Below, piece after piece: positions 8,614 through 15,890 of a stretch of 20,000 nucleotides of DNA. The stretch is taken from IMG/VR virus record IMGVR_UViG_3300031787_000087; one strand, 5' to 3'. The notes under the pieces were generated by a model. It had not been told where the DNA came from. It searched no databases and saw only the letters and a program-made list of their open reading frames with translations. How positions within the stretch are numbered: position 1 is the first letter of the stretch; every line of letters starts with the position of its first letter. The stretch comes from an uncultured virus (IMG/VR IMGVR_UViG_3300031787_000087) (lineage: Duplodnaviria > Heunggongvirae > Uroviricota > Caudoviricetes). A program made the translations under genes and the position numbers.

Positions 8614-11600
8614 ATGGCGTTGTATAAAGTCCGAGGACCTGGTGGCAAACTTCATGAGTTCAAAGGGCCTGAAGGTTTATCGCAAAACTTCGTTAATTCG
8701 ATGGCGCAAGATTACTTTGAAGCGCCAGCTCCTGTTGTCGCTCCAATAGAAGAAAAGGGCGCAACTGGTTTCATTCCGTCCGTCATGCGTGGCGGTCGTG
8801 GCATCTCCTCTTTATTGGGTGATGTTGCTCCAGCCATGATTGGCAAAGCGTTTGGCGCTGATGAGTACGCTAAGAAACAAATGCAGGAAGCTGCTGCATA
8901 TCAACAAGAAACTCAAAAACTTTATCCCGCAGAAGTTGCGTCATACAAAGATATTGATAGTGTTGGCAAAGCGCTAACGTATATCAAGGAATCTATTGGC
9001 GAAGCCATACCGTCCATCCTGCCTAGTATTCTTACTGGTGGTGCGGCGGCAATGATAGGTCGCCCTGCTATTGTGGCGGCAGAAAAAGCAGCGCAAGACT
9101 TTGCAGCTAAAGAAGTTGCACGCGCTGCCGCTAAGAATATTCTTACGCAAGAAAGTATTGAGGGGATCAAGAAAGCCGCACTAGATGTAGGCATGAAGGA
9201 AGCCCAAAAAATTGCGCTTAAATATCAAGCCGCTGGTGCATTGACTGGTTCTGCAGCACAGAACATCCCTGATGTTTATCAAAACATTTATGAGGCGACA
9301 GGTAAAGAAGACCTTGGCGCGGCTCTAGCGTTTGGTTCATTCAATGCTGCACTAGATGCAATTACGCCTGTCGCCTTGTTACGCAAGATGAGTAAGGCTG
9401 GCCTCAAGCCAGAAGAAGTTGCAGCCGCATGGTACAAGCGTGCTGGTAAAGGTGCAGCGCAAGGCTTCGTCACTGAAGGTGGTACTGAGGCATTACAAGA
9501 AGTATCGTCCGCCGCTGCTGAAAAGTTTGTTGATAAGAATCAGCAGTTTTTCTCTGAGAAGAACTTTGAGCGCTTTATTAACGCTGGCCTTAAAGGTGGA
9601 TTTGGTGGCGCAGGTATAACTGCGGCTACTGATGTGGCGTTCGGTAAAGGGCCAGAAGCACCTATTACTCAAACTGGTGAAGATCAGACTCAGCAACAAG
9701 AACAAGTTGAACCACCACCCCCACCGCCCGGTACTAAGACTGCCCCTGCATTCACTGGCGATGAAGAATTTAAGATTCATCCAGAAGGTTTTAATCCCCC
9801 TCAAGCCCCAGCACCTCCTGCTGGCGCGGTTACATCACTGCCTACTAATCCTGACATCGATGAAAAGCAAAAGCAGTACGACAAACGTGAAGCAGAAATT
9901 GCAGAACTAAAAGCTAAGAACGGTGCGCCACAGCATATTCAAAGCAAGATAAATAAGAACCTTAAATTAAAGGCGCAGATAGATGCAGCACGTACCGCGC
10001 TTGCCCAAGCGCCTACAACAGGAGAAGAAAATGTTGGACAACCTATCACTCAAACAGGTGGAGAAGGCGCTGGCATATCTGGCGCAGCCAGTGCAAACGC
10101 ACCCGCCGGAGGGCTTGGAGGAGCTGAACCCCCAGGAATGGTTCGTACTGGAGAGGATGCTACAGGCGCTGATCTCGGAGAAACTGCACAGCCCACTCCA
10201 GTAAATGAATTAACACCAGAACAAGTAGCTCAAAAGTTAAATGACGACCAAGCAGCGATGGCGGCTGCCAGAGAATCTATTGGGAAAAAAGCGACACCAG
10301 CGGGACCACAAGTAAAGTCTGTTCAAAAAGACTTAGATGAACTCAATAGTTTGTTTGGTGATGACGGCTTGCCATCTAAAGGTACTGCACGTCGTACTAA
10401 AGCACAGATCGCGGAAGATGAAGACCGCGATGCTAAATTAAATGAGATAGGTCAAAACTACGGATTAACTCGTAAAAAAGACGAGACTCAACGTGAGTAT
10501 GCCGCACGTATTAAAGACGCTGGCAAATATGAAATAAAGCGTCAAGCTGAAGCAACCGAAGGGATGCCTGATACTCAGATTCCAGAAACGGAAACAGCCA
10601 AGCAAGAACTTAAAAAGCCAACACTGTATAAAAATTCCATCACGGATGAGCAACGTCAGATGTATGACGATATGGTGGAAGAGTACAACGGCGCTATTGA
10701 GACAGCAAGAAGAGAAGCCGAAGAAGCGTTAAAAGATAAAGCTGCGTTAGGGTCTACTGAAGCTATAAAAAAGAATGTTGAAAAAGCGCAGGCTAATAGC
10801 GTAGATCAAGAGCTTCCAATATTTGACAACCTGACCGATGATGAAGTACGTAAGTATTTTGGTGAGCATATTGTTCGCAATAGTTACGATGAGCATTTAA
10901 AAGCTGCGCAAGCTTTGTCAGATTACATGTCTGATAAACGGTTTGAGAGTCGTGCTGCTGGTAAAGAAACTCAAACCAAAGAACAGAATGATGCTGATAA
11001 AGCAGCGGCTGTTGCAGAAGTAGTAGCGCAAGACAACTACATGAGCGTCAGAGATGCGTATGGTAGAAAGACTGGGCTATCTTATAGATTCCCTGCATGG
11101 AATGCTCTATCGCAAGCAAGCAAAGATTTATATCAAGCAATTAATGATGTCAATTCTGCGATGGAGCAGGATATGGCATTTCGTGCCATAAAGAAACAAA
11201 TCCAGAAAGAACTGCTAGATAAGCAGACTGAAGAAAATATCAAGGAAGCAAAGCAGCAGTCTTACAGAGAGATGCTGGTAGCCGCAGAACGAGCACGTAA
11301 AGGTCAACCGGCTGGTAAAGGCGTACTTCTTCCAGACAATATTCTCAAGAAACTACTATCTGGCGATATAGCTGGTGTACTTAAATACCTTAATGAAGAA
11401 GGTAAGGGCGTCAAGGCTCAAACTAAATTTGGCAATATGTTCTCGCGCCAGATTTTCCGTCTGTTGGCGGGCGCATTACAAAACATAGAAGACTTTAAAG
11501 TTAACGTCGTATACGACGAGAACATGATCTATGACGATCTTGGTACATATGATGCCAATAGCAATACGTTTTATTTCGGTCCTAACGGTATGGACGAAGC

Positions 11601-14600
11601 TACCGTCCTGCATGAATTAACCCATGCTGCTACTGTAAAACTTATCCATCAATACTACACTGATAAGAGCAAACTAGATGCTCGCACAGTCAAGGCAGTT
11701 GAACATCTAATCAATGTAGCTAACCTAGCTAAAGCTGAACTGGGTAGTAAATATAAAAACGCATTTGAAAATATTTACGAGTTCATTGCTTATGCAATGA
11801 CTGACTTAGATTTCCAACATGATTTAGCGCAGATACAAGTAGAGAGTGCAGCAACTGTTACAGGGCAAGTTAAACGCACTCCATACTCTCAGCGTGAACA
11901 ACGCCAAGTAAGCATTACTGGCTATGACACCATGCTTGACAACTTGTGGAACTACTTCACAGGTACGTTGGCATACATGTATCGTCTCTTCTATCCAAGA
12001 CAGCAAAAACAAGCGATCTTGATGCCTACTGAGTTGACGGGCAGACCGCGTGGTACTAAGAAAGAGGCGGTCTCTGAAGCAGAAAATATAAAAGCGCTAG
12101 ATAAGATAAACAGAAAGCTTCGTAAAAAAGGTGACCTCAATGAGCAAGATGTTGAAGAAAGCACGACTGGATTAAAACCCGGTGACGTTGTACCAGTAAA
12201 TGAAGACACAGCCGCTAGGTCACCAGATGAAGCTTCAGCTGAATTCAAAGCCGCATTTGATCAAGAGAAAAAAGAGAGGCGTGATGAACTAGCGCCTATC
12301 TATGGTGATCTTGTAGACAAAGGTGGTGTCACTAATCTCAAGCGCGAAATATTACGTGAACCAGGATTCAAGGGTAACTTGCTTCTTGAAGCTGCGGATG
12401 TAATTCAACAACTATTTGCTGCGCCTGTAGGTGGCATTGAACAGTTAGGTGGCAAGGGAGGCTTTGGTTCAGTACTGCAATCCAAAGGTACAGCTAAAAC
12501 TACAAAGCAGGCAACAACTCCTCCCGCACAAACAGATGCGCAGATTACGCAAAAGGCTTTAGGCATCGTATCAATCAAAGAACGTAGCGCTAAATCATTG
12601 TTACGTAACATATTTTCTAAAGCTGGATACGATACTGCAGTTGAATACTTTCAAAGTGACCGTCATCCATTAAAAATGGTGTTTGATCGTGGGCGTATAT
12701 TTGGTGTTGTAGATGTAATTGGTAAAAAAGCAAATGATGTTTACACCGAAGTAAGTCTTTCTATTGGTAAAGCTACAGATATATACGCAAGGCAAATGAA
12801 ACCGCTTGCGGACGATGTCAATTCTGCTGTAGAAGCGTACGCTAAAAAACTTAACATTTCTGTTAAAGATGCGTTAGCTAACTTGCATCTGATACTTCAA
12901 GCACGTCATGAGCCAGAGCGTCGCCATATCAAGTTTTTACTAGATGTGCCGCTTGACGATACACCATCTAATAAACGATTCCAACTTGGTAACGAGTATT
13001 ATTCTGCGGCTGGTTTACGGCAAGCAATTCTTGACATACTTGCTGAACCTGCTCCTGGACTTAGCGATCAACAACGCACTGCCCGCGCTCAAAAGTTACG
13101 GCAGATGCTCGAAACAGTTGTAGCTGATCCTTCGTCACATCAAAAAATAAATGCTAAAGGTGAGCTTACAAAAGCGATTGAATTTGACGAGCAAGCTGAA
13201 ATGTACAGCGTGATTGCTGGTCGTTCACCTAATGAGATTCAAGCATTCCGCAACACGTTAGATATCAGGGCAAACAAAGCTGAGATAGATGCTGTATCAG
13301 ACGCATTGAGAAAGGTGCATAAACAGACTATTGCACTAAACAAGGAGGCCAATTATTGGTCTGAGCCTGTTGCTAACATCGTAGACTTCTACGGTTTCAA
13401 TGATTACGTACCATTTAAAGGTAGACCAGATCAACGTACGATTGACGAAGAATTTAACTTTGAAACTAAACGTATTGGCGGTGATTATCAAGATGCGCAA
13501 GATAGATTTGAAGGGCGCGAGTCTGAATCTGAAAACCCGGTATTGCAATCTCTTGCTGATGGTGCAACTGCTTCCCTACGCGCTGGTCGTAAAGATACGC
13601 CCCAGACAATCGTAAACGCAATAAACGCAAAGATTATTCGTGGGCACAAAGTTGATACCATAACATTCGCCGATCGTTTTTCTGGGCGCACAACTAAAAA
13701 AGATATTACAGGTACAAACAAAATCTTTTTATATAAAAAAGATGGAACTATTGACGTTTACCAGATTGACGATAACAAAATAGCGCAATCCATCAAGCGT
13801 AGTTATAGAACTTCTAACCCTATATGGGATAGAGCCGACATGATTACTAGCGGTATTGGTCAGACTCACACACGCTACAACCCCGCCTTCGCTCCAATGA
13901 ACTTTGTGCGTGATGCATTCACCAACGCTGGAATAATTGGCGCTGAGTTTGACCCAATCACAGGCGGTAAGTTGCTGACTGGTATGGCATCTGATGTTGC
14001 TAACAACGGTCTTGCTAGATCATTAAATTTTGCAAAACTCTATGCCGAAGGTAAGTTTGATCAAATAGAAAAGCTTGCTGGGGCTGGCAAACCTTACGAA
14101 AGCCTGAGTAGTAAAGAGCGTTACTACCGTGATTTAGACTATTATGTAAAGAAGGGTGGTCGCGTTTCTTATCTGCAGGGTGTGGCTGCTAAAGGTGCGT
14201 TAGATCAACTTATTAAAGAAGTTGGACGCTCTGGCATTCTAAGAACTAAAGACCAAATAGATAAGTTCATTGATATCTATAACGATATGTTTGAATTATC
14301 TAGCCGTGTAGCGGCGTATAGATTGTTGAAAGACCAGTACTACCATGAGAATCTAGCAAACAAAATGAGCGTGGCTGATGCGCAAGAAGATGCAAAAATT
14401 CGTGCAGTTACATATGCAAAGAACCTTGCTAACTTTGAGCAGGTCGGTAAGTGGGGCAAGCAGGCTGGTGCGCTATTCATGTTCTTCCGTCCTGCCGCTA
14501 CTGGTGCAGTACGCGCTATTGAGGCGTTGGCTCCAGCATTTAGTTTTAATGAAGAAAACTTCCGTAAAGAAGCGATAGCCGAAGGTCGTACCCCACAGCA

Positions 14601-15669
14601 GATCGAGAGAGCCGTGGCTATTATGCAGAAGCGTCAGTATGGTGCCAGACGCATGATGGTGACGATGACAGGAATTGGCGTAGCGTTCTATACGATGGCG
14701 TTGATGATGGCTGGTGACGATGAAGAGGGTCGCAACCGTGTTGCTACAGATGACATGGCACGTTGGACTCGTTACGTTAGAATCTTTATTCCTGGTTTTG
14801 AGAAACCATTGCAAATATCTTGGGGCTTCGGACCTGGCGCTTTTGCTGCGGCTGGGGCACAGATTGCATCTATGGGTTCAGGTCGTGTATCGATTGGAGA
14901 AGCGCTCTCCAACATTGTTACTGTTGGGCTTGATTCATTCTTACCATTGCCATTCTCACGTATTAGCCCAATAGAAAATTTCCCTGCATGGGCTATGGAT
15001 TCGGTAACCCCATCCGCGTTCCGTCCGTTCTTTGAGTATGTGATGAACATGGATGGTTTGGGTCGTGAGATTTACAACAATCGTCAAACACGTTATGGTG
15101 ATGCGTATACAGGTGGGGATAGCATTCCTGAAGCATACAAATTAGCAGCACGTACGCTATTTGACGCTACCGACGGAGCAATCGACTGGAGTCCAAACAC
15201 AATGTACTTCTTCGCTAGCAACTACTTTGATGGTATGGCAAAGATGGGTACAGCGGCTACTAACTTAAGTTACACAGTCGCGGGCAACAAAGACTTTGAC
15301 CCCAAGCACGACTTGCCGTTTATTGGTAGTTTCATTGGCACTAAGTCCAACGTAGACGCACGCGAATTTAGCAAAGTTGAAGATAAAATTAAGGCAATGG
15401 ATAAGCGCATAAATGCGTTGAAAGATAAGCCAGAGGCGCTAGAAAGGTACCTTGACTCTAATCCAGATGCGTATGCTGCTGTTGAGTTCTACAACGAACA
15501 AGTTAACGGACAACTACGTGAAGTGCGTGCAGTAGCAAATCAAGTTAGAGCTAACGGTGAGTTAACTCCACGTGAACGCAAACTGCAACTGGAAGAGATT
15601 AACGGCATATCAAGCACTATAAAACGTCAACTGTTAAATGTGTTTGAAGAACTAGATATTAAACCCTAG
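8614..15669 (+). CDS. Large polyvalent ejection protein with a zincin-like metallopeptidase domain and an LPD38-like C-terminal domain
   Basis: 2351 aa. N-terminal Ala/Gly-rich membrane-type helices (TEGGTEALQE); Pro-rich linker; HELTH at 11611-11625 with a downstream YEFIAY; C-terminal NPAFAPMNFVRD, ALFMFFRPA, ISWGFG, SFLPL, RPFFEYVMNMDGLGREIY pattern typical of LPD38-containing proteins. Confidence 0.75.
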   Translation: MALYKVRGPGGKLHEFKGPEGLSQNFVNSMAQDYFEAPAPVVAPIEEKGATGFIPSVMRGGRGISSLLGDVAPAMIGKAFGADEYAKKQMQEAAAYQQETQKLYPAEVASYKDIDSVGKALTYIKESIGEAIPSILPSILTGGAAAMIGRPAIVAAEKAAQDFAAKEVARAAAKNILTQESIEGIKKAALDVGMKEAQKIALKYQAAGALTGSAAQNIPDVYQNIYEATGKEDLGAALAFGSFNAALDAITPVALLRKMSKAGLKPEEVAAAWYKRAGKGAAQGFVTEGGTEALQEVSSAAAEKFVDKNQQFFSEKNFERFINAGLKGGFGGAGITAATDVAFGKGPEAPITQTGEDQTQQQEQVEPPPPPPGTKTAPAFTGDEEFKIHPEGFNPPQAPAPPAGAVTSLPTNPDIDEKQKQYDKREAEIAELKAKNGAPQHIQSKINKNLKLKAQIDAARTALAQAPTTGEENVGQPITQTGGEGAGISGAASANAPAGGLGGAEPPGMVRTGEDATGADLGETAQPTPVNELTPEQVAQKLNDDQAAMAAARESIGKKATPAGPQVKSVQKDLDELNSLFGDDGLPSKGTARRTKAQIAEDEDRDAKLNEIGQNYGLTRKKDETQREYAARIKDAGKYEIKRQAEATEGMPDTQIPETETAKQELKKPTLYKNSITDEQRQMYDDMVEEYNGAIETARREAEEALKDKAALGSTEAIKKNVEKAQANSVDQELPIFDNLTDDEVRKYFGEHIVRNSYDEHLKAAQALSDYMSDKRFESRAAGKETQTKEQNDADKAAAVAEVVAQDNYMSVRDAYGRKTGLSYRFPAWNALSQASKDLYQAINDVNSAMEQDMAFRAIKKQIQKELLDKQTEENIKEAKQQSYREMLVAAERARKGQPAGKGVLLPDNILKKLLSGDIAGVLKYLNEEGKGVKAQTKFGNMFSRQIFRLLAGALQNIEDFKVNVVYDENMIYDDLGTYDANSNTFYFGPNGMDEATVLHELTHAATVKLIHQYYTDKSKLDARTVKAVEHLINVANLAKAELGSKYKNAFENIYEFIAYAMTDLDFQHDLAQIQVESAATVTGQVKRTPYSQREQRQVSITGYDTMLDNLWNYFTGTLAYMYRLFYPRQQKQAILMPTELTGRPRGTKKEAVSEAENIKALDKINRKLRKKGDLNEQDVEESTTGLKPGDVVPVNEDTAARSPDEASAEFKAAFDQEKKERRDELAPIYGDLVDKGGVTNLKREILREPGFKGNLLLEAADVIQQLFAAPVGGIEQLGGKGGFGSVLQSKGTAKTTKQATTPPAQTDAQITQKALGIVSIKERSAKSLLRNIFSKAGYDTAVEYFQSDRHPLKMVFDRGRIFGVVDVIGKKANDVYTEVSLSIGKATDIYARQMKPLADDVNSAVEAYAKKLNISVKDALANLHLILQARHEPERRHIKFLLDVPLDDTPSNKRFQLGNEYYSAAGLRQAILDILAEPAPGLSDQQRTARAQKLRQMLETVVADPSSHQKINAKGELTKAIEFDEQAEMYSVIAGRSPNEIQAFRNTLDIRANKAEIDAVSDALRKVHKQTIALNKEANYWSEPVANIVDFYGFNDYVPFKGRPDQRTIDEEFNFETKRIGGDYQDAQDRFEGRESESENPVLQSLADGATASLRAGRKDTPQTIVNAINAKIIRGHKVDTITFADRFSGRTTKKDITGTNKIFLYKKDGTIDVYQIDDNKIAQSIKRSYRTSNPIWDRADMITSGIGQTHTRYNPAFAPMNFVRDAFTNAGIIGAEFDPITGGKLLTGMASDVANNGLARSLNFAKLYAEGKFDQIEKLAGAGKPYESLSSKERYYRDLDYYVKKGGRVSYLQGVAAKGALDQLIKEVGRSGILRTKDQIDKFIDIYNDMFELSSRVAAYRLLKDQYYHENLANKMSVADAQEDAKIRAVTYAKNLANFEQVGKWGKQAGALFMFFRPAATGAVRAIEALAPAFSFNEENFRKEAIAEGRTPQQIERAVAIMQKRQYGARRMMVTMTGIGVAFYTMALMMAGDDEEGRNRVATDDMARWTRYVRIFIPGFEKPLQISWGFGPGAFAAAGAQIASMGSGRVSIGEALSNIVTVGLDSFLPLPFSRISPIENFPAWAMDSVTPSAFRPFFEYVMNMDGLGREIYNNRQTRYGDAYTGGDSIPEAYKLAARTLFDATDGAIDWSPNTMYFFASNYFDGMAKMGTAATNLSYTVAGNKDFDPKHDLPFIGSFIGTKSNVDAREFSKVEDKIKAMDKRINALKDKPEALERYLDSNPDAYAAVEFYNEQVNGQLREVRAVANQVRANGELTPRERKLQLEEINGISSTIKRQLLNVFEELDIKP
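10031..10204 (+). CDS. Candidate overprinted 57-aa protein in the +1 frame of the polyvalent gene
   Basis: AGGAG-AAGAAA-ATG; MLDNLSLKQVEKALAYLAQPVQTHPPEGLEELNPQEWFVLERMLQALISEKLHSPLQ*; two amphipathic helices; lies under a low-complexity linker of the host frame. Confidence 0.6.
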   Translation: MLDNLSLKQVEKALAYLAQPVQTHPPEGLEELNPQEWFVLERMLQALISEKLHSPLQ

Positions 15670-15890
15670 CTCATGCGCCAAGCACGGACACCGAGAAAAC
15701 CTTCCTCGGTTGTCGTAAACACTTTCATAACCACGCCTGCCTTCTTAGCTGTCGTGTCAATGATGTACGCCATGTATGCTGGCTTCATCGTTGGCAAGAA
15801 GAAGCTATCCCCCACACTCATTCCAGCGTAGGGGAAGACCCATGTCGGTTCATCGAACGGAGTGTCATTCGGAGACGGCTTCTTGCTCAT
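15666..15890 (-). CDS. Small phage protein, 74 aa, possibly DNA-binding
   Basis: Probable start MSKKP at 15890, overlapping the primase 3' end by 26 nt. FPYAGMSVGDSFF...GVRAWR pattern is seen in a common family of small phage proteins. Confidence 0.7.
   Translation of the reverse strand: MSKKPSPNDTPFDEPTWVFPYAGMSVGDSFFLPTMKPAYMAYIIDTTAKKAGVVMKVFTTTEEGFLGVRAWRMS

Noticed and set aside
9632..9910. Other same-strand alternative ORFs in long genes (also 5462-5662, 8039-8257, 13400-13615, 14714-14974)
   Set aside because: No convincing RBS; L/K/R-rich composition is what +1 shadows of A/E/T-rich frames produce.
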